NCBI GenBank assembly: GCA_965243135.1
Contig: OZ251539.1
Coordinates: 2,016,001-2,080,000 of the forward strand
Source: Alphaproteobacteria bacterium
GTDB lineage: Bacteria; Pseudomonadota; Alphaproteobacteria; MPNO01; UBA830
Direction of reading: 5' to 3'
Length of the DNA: 64,000 nt
In this document: in pieces, positions 54,687 to 63,337 of the stretch
How the letters are laid out: every line of letters starts with the position of its first letter
How positions within the stretch are numbered: the stretch's first letter is position 1
Program-made: the position numbers and the translations under genes
The notes under the pieces: generated by a model
What the model was told of the DNA's origin: nothing
The model's database searches: none
What the model saw: only the letters and a program-made list of their open reading frames with translations

Positions 54687-54801
54687 GTTTCCGGTTTCCG
54701 TTTCCGCCCGGTCCATAGGGTTGTCGGGAACCGGAAGGCGGGGGGGGCATCTGCCTTCGGTCGGGCTACGCCCTCCCTGCGGCGGATGCCCCCCCCCCCC
54801 C
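54687..54801. repeat. TTTCCG iteron-like repeats with an inverted copy, followed by a long GC hairpin
   Basis: gtttccg-gtttccg-tttccg (54687-54706), ggaaccggaa (54727-54736); GGGGGGGCATCTGCC...GGCGGATGCCCCCCC stem (54741-54795). Confidence 0.7.
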
Positions 54802-54824
54802 GCACTGCTACTTGCGACGCTTGG

Positions 54825-55745
54825 TCAAGATGCGATGCAATACCCGTCAGGGGTGTGAGCGACCCGCCCTTCGGAGACCAGTTCTCTGAGAACGCTGCTG
54901 ACGGTGCTGGCGCGCATGTGCGCCGCATCCCGGATTTGCCGCTGGGAGAGCGGAGTGTCGGCGAGAAGGTTTTCGACGCGTTGGCGAGGCGACATGGCAG
55001 GCGCTTCGGAGGCGGCCTCGACGATCTGCAGCGACGGGACCGGTGTCTCGCGCAATTCGAGAACGATTTCGTCGGGGCTTTTGGAAGCGCGATGTTCGAC
55101 AGTCAGCAAAATGCGGTGCTTCTTGCGTCGTAGATAAAGGTTGGAGTCGCCCCAGGCGTGCAGTTCGGAAGAGCCGCGCAACGCCTGTCCGCCTCGCGCA
55201 TGGGCGCTCTTGCGGGCATGGTGGACGAGAACGACGGCTGTCTCGAAGTTGCGTTGCAGGTCGCGCAGGCAGGCGAGCAACGGTGCGACCTCGCCTGCGG
55301 CGTTTTCGTCGATGCGGTGGAGGCGAACCAGAGGATCAAGAACCAGCAGGCGTGGCCGGACGCGGCGGACCGTCTCGAACAGGCGCTGCCTGTCGTCGGC
55401 CAGGTCAAGACGCACAGCGGGAACGTCGATCACGTCGATATCGAGGTTGTCGAGATAGGTTCCGGCGGCCTGTGCGATGCCATCGAGGCGCTCGCGAACG
55501 ATGTGGGCGGCGTCTTCCGCGGCGAACAGCAGAACGCGGCCGGAAGCAGCGGAGAAGCGTCGCAGGCAGGGCGTGCCGGTTGCGACGGCAACGGCGAGAT
55601 CAAGAGCGAGAAAGGATTTGCCGCACTTTGGCTCTCCGCCGATAATGCCGACCGCCTGCTCGCTCCACAGTTGTTCGACGAGCCAGCGCCGCTCCTGCGG
55701 CTGTTCGGCGAGTTCCGCGGGCCGACGGGTGGGGAAAGCATTCAT
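54825..55745 (-). CDS. RecA/RepA-like AAA_25 ATPase with C-terminal winged-helix-like domain
   Basis: WLVEQLW, GGEPKCGKS, FAAED, LLVLDPL, VLVHHARK, LRGSSELHAW; ATG overlaps the upstream TGA (ATGA). Confidence 0.85.
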   Translation of the reverse strand: MNAFPTRRPAELAEQPQERRWLVEQLWSEQAVGIIGGEPKCGKSFLALDLAVAVATGTPCLRRFSAASGRVLLFAAEDAAHIVRERLDGIAQAAGTYLDNLDIDVIDVPAVRLDLADDRQRLFETVRRVRPRLLVLDPLVRLHRIDENAAGEVAPLLACLRDLQRNFETAVVLVHHARKSAHARGGQALRGSSELHAWGDSNLYLRRKKHRILLTVEHRASKSPDEIVLELRETPVPSLQIVEAASEAPAMSPRQRVENLLADTPLSQRQIRDAAHMRASTVSSVLRELVSEGRVAHTPDGYCIAS

Positions 55746-56572
55746 GATCGCGCTCCCCTGCGTTTGTCGGGCGTGAAGATCTCGAAGAACAGTTTCTCGT
55801 CGAGTTCGGTGATCTCGCGCTCGGCGGCGGCGGCGAGCAGGCTGTCCGCTATTTTGGTGAGAGAGCGGTAGTTGCCGGCAGCGTGATCGCAAAGGGCATC
55901 CCTGAGGTTCTGCGTCATGAGATTGGGATTGCCGGCCTTCTCGAGGAGGTGATCGAGGCAGGCGGCAAGTTCCTTTCGTTCGGCATACCCCATGGCCAGG
56001 CGCTGACGGATGCGAGATTCCAGGGGAAGCAGATCGCTGCGCTGCAGCTTGTCGGCAAGGCGCGTGTCGCCAGCCAGCACGACGCTGAGAATGGATCGGG
56101 AGTCGAACTCGGTGGCGGCGAGCAGACGCAATTCTCCGAGCACTGCGGGCTGAAGTTCCTGCGCCTCGTCGATCAGCAGGACAGGACGCAAACGGATCGC
56201 TTCGAGGTGATCCTGCCAACGCGTTCGGAGAACCTTGAAGCCGCCCCATCGGTTGTGGGGGCGCAGCGGGACGTCAAAGAGTTCGCCCATCTCGCGGTAG
56301 AAGTCGGCGAGGTTGGACGAGGGATGGGTCAGAGCGGCGACCACCAGGTCGCGGTTGCGCGTCAGCCGGTCCGCAAGCAAGCGCAGAACCACGCTCTTGC
56401 CGGTGCCCGGCTCCCCGACGATCAAGGCGAAGCCGCCGTCCCGGACCAGATGCTCGTCGACGCGCCAGCAGAAGCTTTCGACGCGCGGCGTGGTGAATAG
56501 CGCCTCGACCGGCAGTTCCGGCGAGAAGGGATTCCATTTGAGGCCGTGGAGGGAGAGCAGCCTATGTTTCAT
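55742..56572 (-). CDS. ExeA/TniB-like AAA ATPase (transposition helper)
   Basis: GLKWNPF, GEPGTGKS, LLIDEAQ; overlaps the transposase 3' end. Confidence 0.88.
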   Translation of the reverse strand: MKHRLLSLHGLKWNPFSPELPVEALFTTPRVESFCWRVDEHLVRDGGFALIVGEPGTGKSVVLRLLADRLTRNRDLVVAALTHPSSNLADFYREMGELFDVPLRPHNRWGGFKVLRTRWQDHLEAIRLRPVLLIDEAQELQPAVLGELRLLAATEFDSRSILSVVLAGDTRLADKLQRSDLLPLESRIRQRLAMGYAERKELAACLDHLLEKAGNPNLMTQNLRDALCDHAAGNYRSLTKIADSLLAAAAEREITELDEKLFFEIFTPDKRRGARS

Positions 56573-57995
56573 CGTCCGTATCCTCGTTGGTCGGAAGGAA
56601 GGCGGGGGGCAGGCCGGTCGCGGCCGCATCGTCTAGGAGCTGCTTGAGCAGCGGCGCTATCTCGCCCGTTGCCGGCGTGACATCTGTCTCGACTGGCCTC
56701 ACCTGTCGGCGTTCGCCGTCCGCGTTGGCGCTCTTGTCGAGCGGGTAGAGTGCGCACAGCCAGGTTCCGTGACCGGGGTCGACGAGGGCAATCGTCGACA
56801 GATCCCAGGATGCGTAGCGGAGGTGGAGGTTCCGCATGTGGCGATACTGCGACGGCACCTCGAAGCGCACGCCTCCAAGTGAAAGCGTGCCGTCCGTGTG
56901 CCGCTGCCGACGCGTCGCTCCGGTGCGGAATGCCCGGCGCAGCGTCTCGCCGGACGGACACTCGCGACCGACATGGGGGCTCTCAAGAAAACGTGCCGTT
57001 GGCGTGGCGCCGATTTCCCGGTGGATACGGTTGTTGTAGTCCTTCTGGACCCACGCTTGGGTCGCCTCGTTGAGTTGCGCCAGGGAAAGGGAGTCGACGC
57101 CTTGCAGCATCGCCAGCAGACGTCCTTCCGTAACCGACCAGAAACGCTCCACTTTGCCATTTTGGTTCGGGGAATACGGCAAAGTGGTGTCATGCAGGAT
57201 GCCAAGATCGTGCAGCCCGGTGCGCACCTCGCCGGCGGTCTCCGCCTTGCCGTTGTCCGTCATCAGCGCCCGCGGCAAACCATGCTTCATCAGGGCCTGC
57301 GACAGGCCGTGCACGAAGTTCTGCGCCGTCTCCCCGAGATACCACTGCAGATGGCAAGCAAAGCGCGAGTGATCGTCGAGAACGGCCAGCAATAAAGGCG
57401 TATGCCATCGTCCTCGCTTGTCGAGCACGCGGAGCGAGCCATGATGGAAGTCGGCGTGCCACAGGCCGTGGGCATGCTCGTAACTGCGTATCTCGTACTG
57501 CTCGCGTCGTTCCGCCGCCGCCGCTTCCCCCGCCTTCTTCGGCCGCCGCTTGCGCTGCAATCCGTGCGTTCGCATGTAGCGGGCCACAGTGGCATAGGAT
57601 GGCAGCGGACCGAGCGACGGATCGTCTTCGGCCAATGCCTTGAGGTTGTCGTAGTGCAGTTGCGCCGACCAGTTGGGATTTTGTCGGTATTGCAATTGCA
57701 GCGCCTCGATCAGCGGCGCGAACAGCGTGCGTGATCGACCTGCATCCGACCGTACCCGGCGGCGGAGAGCGCCGACCGGATCCTGTTCGGCTCGCCGCGC
57801 CTGATAGTACCAGCGTTCGATCGTCACGAAGGAGAAGCGCGCCGGCGCACCGGTCACCGGATGCCGCCACTCCTGTTTCGCCAAGCGCTCGATCTCGGCG
57901 CATAGTTCGCCGTGCGCCGGCGGCGCCGCCAGCAGGGTGCCGACGACGGCGAAGCGCAATCGCGCCCATCGCTCCCGATTTGTGTCCTGCTGCAT
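56562..57995 (-). CDS. DDE transposase/integrase (rve core, N-terminal HTH, Mu-like C-terminal domain)
   Basis: WHADFHH, LDDHSR, TDNG, NGKVERFW, YNNRIHREI, DGTLSLGGVRFEVP. Confidence 0.92.
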   Translation of the reverse strand: MQQDTNRERWARLRFAVVGTLLAAPPAHGELCAEIERLAKQEWRHPVTGAPARFSFVTIERWYYQARRAEQDPVGALRRRVRSDAGRSRTLFAPLIEALQLQYRQNPNWSAQLHYDNLKALAEDDPSLGPLPSYATVARYMRTHGLQRKRRPKKAGEAAAAERREQYEIRSYEHAHGLWHADFHHGSLRVLDKRGRWHTPLLLAVLDDHSRFACHLQWYLGETAQNFVHGLSQALMKHGLPRALMTDNGKAETAGEVRTGLHDLGILHDTTLPYSPNQNGKVERFWSVTEGRLLAMLQGVDSLSLAQLNEATQAWVQKDYNNRIHREIGATPTARFLESPHVGRECPSGETLRRAFRTGATRRQRHTDGTLSLGGVRFEVPSQYRHMRNLHLRYASWDLSTIALVDPGHGTWLCALYPLDKSANADGERRQVRPVETDVTPATGEIAPLLKQLLDDAAATGLPPAFLPTNEDTDDET

Positions 57996-58041
57996 CGACC
58001 GCCTCCCGTTTGGTCAGGATGCGGACCCTAAACTCCCCTCA

Positions 58042-58602
58042 TCAATTGGAAGAGACGGCAAGTTCTGCGGGTTCGAATGCCCCGTCGCCGAACTTGCTCG
58101 TCAACGGCGACAGCCGCTGCAGAAGAGCTATCGGGTCTGTGAATATCTCGACCAGCGATAGCGGCAGCGTCTTCGGCGGTTCCGGAAGGCGGGTACGCAG
58201 CTTGCGCCACAGGGAGGTCTCGACGAAAGTCTCGCGCCACCAGCGCCGCCAGCGCTGAAGCGTGCGTTTGTCGATGCCCAGACGATCGACAACCAAACGG
58301 AACTCTGGACCCCGGCCCGTCATGGCTGTCAGGAACACGAAGACGAAGGCCACATACACCCGGCGCCCGAAGTACCGCACCGAGGGCGGCGTGACGCGGC
58401 GGCGGCAGCTTGCGCAACAGAAACTCAGGCGCCGCGCTCCGGCGACGAGCGGTCGCTCAACGCCACGCGGCTTTCGCGGATACGACGCGGCATGCAAATC
58501 GCCGCCGCAGTGTGGACAGGCCTTGATACGGGCTGCCAGATCCTCGTCTATGCGTTCGAGAAAAGCCCAGGTTGTGGAGTCGACGGGAAAATCGTGGGAC
58601 AA
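58042..58602 (-). CDS. Zn-ribbon plus HTH-like protein, first gene of the element
   Basis: CPHCGG..H...YPRKPRG...CCASCRRR; TLQRWRRWW; TTG start inferred. Confidence 0.7.
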   Translation of the reverse strand: MSHDFPVDSTTWAFLERIDEDLAARIKACPHCGGDLHAASYPRKPRGVERPLVAGARRLSFCCASCRRRVTPPSVRYFGRRVYVAFVFVFLTAMTGRGPEFRLVVDRLGIDKRTLQRWRRWWRETFVETSLWRKLRTRLPEPPKTLPLSLVEIFTDPIALLQRLSPLTSKFGDGAFEPAELAVSSN

Positions 58603-58734
58603 TGGTCGTGTCTTCCATGTTGGGTGACGCACCCGGAAGACACCCCCTCGGCACTTGTCTGACAAGCTCGTCGAGGGGGATCCTCAAATAATTTGATTAA
58701 AATCCCCAGGAAACCTGTGCATATCCCTGCACAG

Positions 58735-59690
58735 CCACACCGGGAGCCACAACTTCTCCCGGCTCCTGAGCGCCAAGCTTGAAAGCAAGGATCCCCGGCG
58801 GCCTGGTCCGGGAGTTGCGGGAGCAACTGACGGCGGAGTTGCCGGACTTCGGGGAGCACCTCGGACGGCAAGGCGGTGAACAGCCACTCGACGGGGCAGG
58901 TCAGCCGCAAGACCGGCAAGACTTCCGACCCGGACGCCAGCTGGAGGAAGCACGAGACCGCCGGCATGGACGGGAAGACCGGCAATCTCCGGACGAAGGT
59001 GAAGTCGCGGTTCGGGCTGCACGTGGATACCAAGTACGAAATCCCGGTGGCCTTCAGCGTCACCCAGGCGTCCGAGCCCGGGGAGCTGGACGCGATGCTG
59101 GACAGGCTGTTCGGGGAAACGCCGCTGTTGGCCGGGCGCTGCAAGGACTTCAGCGCGGACCGGGGCAGCGGGCCGCTCAAGGCGAAGCTGTGGGACGAGT
59201 TCGGCCCCCTTGACGCGCCTGTTGTGGCGGGAAGAGAAGAAGGACACGACCCGACAAGCCCCCGTCCGCTCTTCGACGACAACATCTACGGGCGAAGTGC
59301 TGTGCAAATGTCCCGAAACCGACGTCCAGCGGCACATGGCGTTCCAGGGACCGCGGGGCGTGCGACACCCTCAAGTACCGTTGCTCGGCAGCGGCCTTCG
59401 GCTTGCGCAGGGCGCAAGGAATGCCGCCGGGCCGCCGAGTGCCAGGCCGGCGAGTACGGTCGTCCGCGTCGACCTGGAGAAGCATGACAGGGTTCACGCC
59501 GGTCCCTTGGGGCAGCCCCTCCTGGAAGCGCGGACCGCCGCTCCGCCATGGAGCGGATCTACAGCCGAACGCTTACGGAGAAGCACTACGTCCGCGGCCT
59601 GCGGGCGCCTGCGGCTCGGCCTCGTGACGGTGGTGGCGACGGCGCTCGGGTATCTGCGGGCGGAACGCCAGGGCGGTCGCTGGTCGCTCC
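58735..59690 (+). pseudogene. degraded IS5/IS1182-like DDE transposase
   Basis: HNFSRLL, LPDFGEHL, GKAVNSHS, SDPDASW, VDTKYEIPVAFSVTQAS, FSADRG across several frameshifts. Confidence 0.65.
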
Positions 59691-60050
59691 GGTCGGGCTG
59701 CGCGACACGACCGCCGCGGTCGTCTGACCGCCCCGCCCCCTCCCCGCAACTGGCTGCCTGCGTTCAGGCCACGGCCCGGCTCGTCCCGGGTTTGCGGTGC
59801 GGCGGCGCGGCAACCTGATATTCGCTTTTTGTTCTGGAACCTGAGCGTCCGCGAGGCCCTTGCGGGCTCGTCGGCAGGCGGGCGGAGCGGCTCGTGGGGC
59901 GTCGGCCGGGCGGCGGACCGACAAAAAAATGACACAGCGCAAGCGCCTCCACCTCGTTTCCTCTTGAATATTTCATAAGTACATTATAAGTTCGTCTTAT
60001 ATGCTGAATGTCGGCACGCACGCCCCGCCGACCGGGGAGGAGACGGAACG

Positions 60051-61095
60051 ATGAACGACGACGCCAAGTACAAGTCCCTGTTCAGCCATCCTCGGGTGTG
60101 CCGCGACCTGCTGCGCTGCATCGTTTCGAAAGAACTGGCCGACCGGCTCGACCTCGACACCCTGCAGGCGATGCCGACGGAGTTCGTGGACGCCCGGCTG
60201 GGACAGCAGCGCAGCGACATGGTCTGGCGCGTGAACTTCCGCGAGGGAGGAGGCGAACTCTACGTCGTCGTCCTGGCGGAGTTCCAGTCGACGGTCGACC
60301 AGGACATGCCGCTTCGCATGATCAAGTACACTTCGCAGATATACACGGAGCTGCGGAAGGAGAAGCGGTTGCCCGGCGAGAAGCTGCCGCCGGTGGTGCC
60401 GGTGGTGGTCTACAGCGGGGAGGCGCGGTGGTCGGCGCCGCGGGAGGGAGATGGTCGGACCGGTCGACGAGGAGCTTGAGCCGTATCAACTGCGACGCTA
60501 CTTTCTGCTTGACCTTCGCCGGGTGGGCGTCGAGGATGCGATGCTGGACAATGTGCTGTACGCGCAGGCGTTGATCGAACAAGGCCGGTGGGAGGATCTG
60601 CGGCCGGCGCTGTCGGCGTTGCAGGAGGCGACCGACCCGGAGACGGAGGCGAAGCTTCGCGGTCTGGTTGCGGCGTTGGTGCGTCAGGCGGCGGAGGGCA
60701 GCGGGCAGGTGAGCGGCGAGACACTGAAGAAGCTGAAGTCGTTCGAGGAGACAGGGGAGTTGGGAGAGATGGGATCGTTGTTGGCCAAACGGATGGATCA
60801 GGCTGTCGACGAGAGTCGGGCCAGGGGCTGGGCCGAGGGCAAGGAGCTGGGGCTGACCGAAGGCAGGGAGCTGGGCCTCTCCGAGGGCAAGGAGCTGGGG
60901 CTGGAACGACAGCGGGCGATCCTGTTGCGTCAGGCGGCGCGGAAGTTCGATGCGGGCACGGCGACGCGCCTCGAGGCGCTGCTGGCCGCGATCGACGATC
61001 CCGACCGTCTTGCCGTGCTCGGCGATTACGTGATCGACAGCGACGACGGCGAGGAGTTGCTGTTGCGCGCGACGGGCGCCGCAAGACTGCACTGA
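60051..61095 (+). pseudogene. Rpn-family (YhgA/Transposase_31) PD-(D/E)XK nuclease, frameshifted near 60445
   Basis: DAKYKSLFSHP, RSDMVW, LAEFQSTVDQDMPLRM, LPPVVPVVVYSGEARW; C-terminus with EG(K/R)ELGL repeats in another frame. Confidence 0.88.
60769..61095 (+). CDS. putative internally initiated Rpn small protein (RpnS-like)
   Basis: GGGGAG/GGAG SD-like sequences upstream of in-frame ATG 60769, just before the repeat-rich C-terminal domain. Confidence 0.55.
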   Translation: MGSLLAKRMDQAVDESRARGWAEGKELGLTEGRELGLSEGKELGLERQRAILLRQAARKFDAGTATRLEALLAAIDDPDRLAVLGDYVIDSDDGEELLLRATGAARLH

Positions 61096-61272
61096 GCCGC
61101 GCCTCGCCCCCGGAGCTTGCGGCGCGGTCGCGCCCGGCGGCGGAGCGAAGCTGCCGGTCCCCGCCCCGGCGCTCTTCCAGCTGAACATGCCCCGCGGCGG
61201 CCGGAGAGCGGACCCGGAAGCAGGCGCGAAAAAGGGCGCAGCGCAAACGCCTCCGGCTGAAGACCCGGCATG

Positions 61273-61301
61273 TTGACCGTCCGCAGGCGAAAGGTTATGT
61301 T
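61273..61301 (+). promoter_or_regulatory. sigma70 promoter of tRNA-Cys
   Basis: TTGACC-N17-TATGTT. Confidence 0.6.
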
Positions 61302-61319
61302 GTCGTCCGGCAGCGCACC

Positions 61320-61393
61320 GGCCCGGTGGGAGAGAGGCTATCCAGCGGATTGCAAATCCGTTTACGCCGGTTCGAGTCCGGCCCGGGCCTCCA
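61320..61393 (+). tRNA. tRNA-Cys(GCA)
   Basis: GGCCCGGTGGGAGAGAGGCTATCC...TTGCAAA...GGTTCGAGTCC...CCTCCA, 74 nt. Confidence 0.93.
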
Positions 61394-61698
61394 GAGGCGC
61401 TGGCGCGCCGCCGAAAACGAAGCGAGCGGATCCGTCGCCGTTTTCGAACGAAACGGGCGCTTCGCTTGCGACTTCCGTGTCCTGCACGCGGCGCCCTTCT
61501 CGAAAACGACGATGCCGACGATCGTCGGGGCGCGGCGGGCGGACCGTCCGTTTCCCTCGACCGGGATGTCCGAACCAGGATTTCGAGATCTTCGCCGACC
61601 GCGATTTCGCCGAGCCGCGACGCCGTGTCGACGGGGCTTCCTTTTTTCCGGGCGTCCGTTCGTCGTATTCTCGGACGATACGCAGAGAGGGAAGCATC

Positions 61699-63327
61699 GT
61701 GATCAATCCGTTCGAAACCGGACTCGACAGGAATCCGGCCAATTTCCAGGCGCTGACGCCGCTGAGCTTCATCGAGCGCGCGGCGGCCGTCTATCCCCAT
61801 CGCGCGGCCGTCGTTCACGGCGAGATCAGGCGAAGCTGGAGCGAAACCTACGGACGTTGCCGACGCCTCGCCAGCGCGCTCGAGCGCCGCGGGATCAAGA
61901 AGGGCGACGCGGTTGCGGCGGTGCTGCCGAACGTGCCCGCGATGGTCGAGGCGCATTTCGGCGTCTCCATGATGGGCGGCGTGCTGAACGCGATCAACGT
62001 GCGGCTCGACGCCGCCGCGATCGCGTTCATACTGCGGCATGGCGAAGCGAAGGTCCTGCTGACGGACCGCGAGTTTTCGGACCCGGTTCGCGGCGCCCTT
62101 TCCCTGCTCGACGAAAAGCCCCTCGTCGTCGATGTCGACGACGCCCTTTTCGAGGGCGGCGAACGTCTCGGAGACGTCGAATACGAGGACTTCATCGCGG
62201 ACGGCGACCCGGGCTACGAATGGGCCTGGCCGGAAGACGAGTGGCAGGCCTGCTCCCTCAACTACACGTCGGGAACGACGGGCAATCCCAAGGGCGTCGT
62301 CTACCATCACCGGGGCGCCTTTCTGAACGCCGTCGGCAACATGATGGTCTGGTCGATGCCGCGCCATCCCGTCTATCTCTGGACCCTGCCGATGTTCCAT
62401 TGCAACGGTTGGTGCTTTCCCTGGACTGTGGCGGCGCTCGCCGGAACCAACGTATGCCTCAGGCGCGTGGAGGCCGAGGCGATATTCGACGCTTTCGCGC
62501 GGCACGGCGTGACCCACTTCTGCGGCGCGCCGATCGTGCTGAACATGATCGCGAACGCGCCGCGTCCGCGGTCCATCGAACGCAGGATCGAGGCCATGAC
62601 GGCCGGCGCGGCCCCGCCCGCGGCCGTCATCGAGGCGATGGAGAGCCAGGGATTCAACGTGACCCACGTATACGGCCTGACGGAAACCTACGGCCCGGCC
62701 GTCGTGAGCGCCTGGCATTCCGAGTGGGACGAAAGGCCCGTCGCGGATCGGGCGGCGCTCAAGGCGCGCCAGGGCGTGCGCTACGACGTGCTCGAGGCGC
62801 TAATGGTCGCCGACCCGAACTCCCTGAAGCCGGTGCCGAAGGACGGCGAAACGATGGGAGAAATCCTCTTTCGCGGCAACAACGTCATGAAGGGCTATCT
62901 GAAGAACCCGGAGGCGACCGGAGAAGCCTTCGCCGGCGGCTGGTTCCATTCGGGCGATCTCGGCGTCTGGCACGAGGACGGCTACGTCGAGATCAAGGAC
63001 AGATCCAAGGACATCATCATTTCCGGCGGCGAGAACATCTCGTCGATCGAGGTCGAAAGCTTCCTCTACCGCCACCCGAAGGTTCTCGAAGCGGCGGTCG
63101 CCGCGCGCCCCGACGGCAAGTGGGGCGAGAGCCCGTGCGCCTTCGTCACCCTGAAGGAGGGCGCGAGCGCCGACGAAGCGGAAATCATCGAGTTCTGCCG
63201 CGCCAACATGGCCGGCTTCAAGGTTCCCCGAACGGTGATATTCGGCCCGCTGCCGAAAACGTCGACGGGCAAGATTCAGAAGTTCGTCCTTCGCGAACGC
63301 GCCCGCGAGATGGGCGAGCGCGCCTGA
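61699..63327 (+). CDS. acyl-CoA synthetase (AMP-binding; AAE/DmdB-like)
   Basis: YTSGTTGNPKG, PMFHCNGW, YGLTETYG, SGGENISS, PKTSTGK; GTG start. Confidence 0.92.
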   Translation: MINPFETGLDRNPANFQALTPLSFIERAAAVYPHRAAVVHGEIRRSWSETYGRCRRLASALERRGIKKGDAVAAVLPNVPAMVEAHFGVSMMGGVLNAINVRLDAAAIAFILRHGEAKVLLTDREFSDPVRGALSLLDEKPLVVDVDDALFEGGERLGDVEYEDFIADGDPGYEWAWPEDEWQACSLNYTSGTTGNPKGVVYHHRGAFLNAVGNMMVWSMPRHPVYLWTLPMFHCNGWCFPWTVAALAGTNVCLRRVEAEAIFDAFARHGVTHFCGAPIVLNMIANAPRPRSIERRIEAMTAGAAPPAAVIEAMESQGFNVTHVYGLTETYGPAVVSAWHSEWDERPVADRAALKARQGVRYDVLEALMVADPNSLKPVPKDGETMGEILFRGNNVMKGYLKNPEATGEAFAGGWFHSGDLGVWHEDGYVEIKDRSKDIIISGGENISSIEVESFLYRHPKVLEAAVAARPDGKWGESPCAFVTLKEGASADEAEIIEFCRANMAGFKVPRTVIFGPLPKTSTGKIQKFVLRERAREMGERA

Positions 63328-63337
63328 GGCCGCCGGC

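Larger units (their letters stand above)
54534..58664 (-). mobile_element. four-gene Mu/Tn7-like DDE transposon (ends approximate)
   Basis: co-oriented, closely coupled Zn-ribbon/HTH gene, DDE transposase, AAA ATPase and AAA_25 gene; candidate termini TGT at 54534 and ACA at 58664; no target duplication found. Confidence 0.7.

Noticed and set aside
59965-59995. dif/Xer-like site (atatttcataa-gtaca-ttataagttcg)
   Set aside because: The spacer is 5 nt rather than 6 and the arms match poorly; a promoter/operator explains it better.
51900-61320. tRNA-integrated genomic island at tRNA-Cys or tRNA-Pro
   Set aside because: The region lies 5' of both tRNAs, I found no duplicated tRNA 3' end, and there is no tyrosine or serine integrase.
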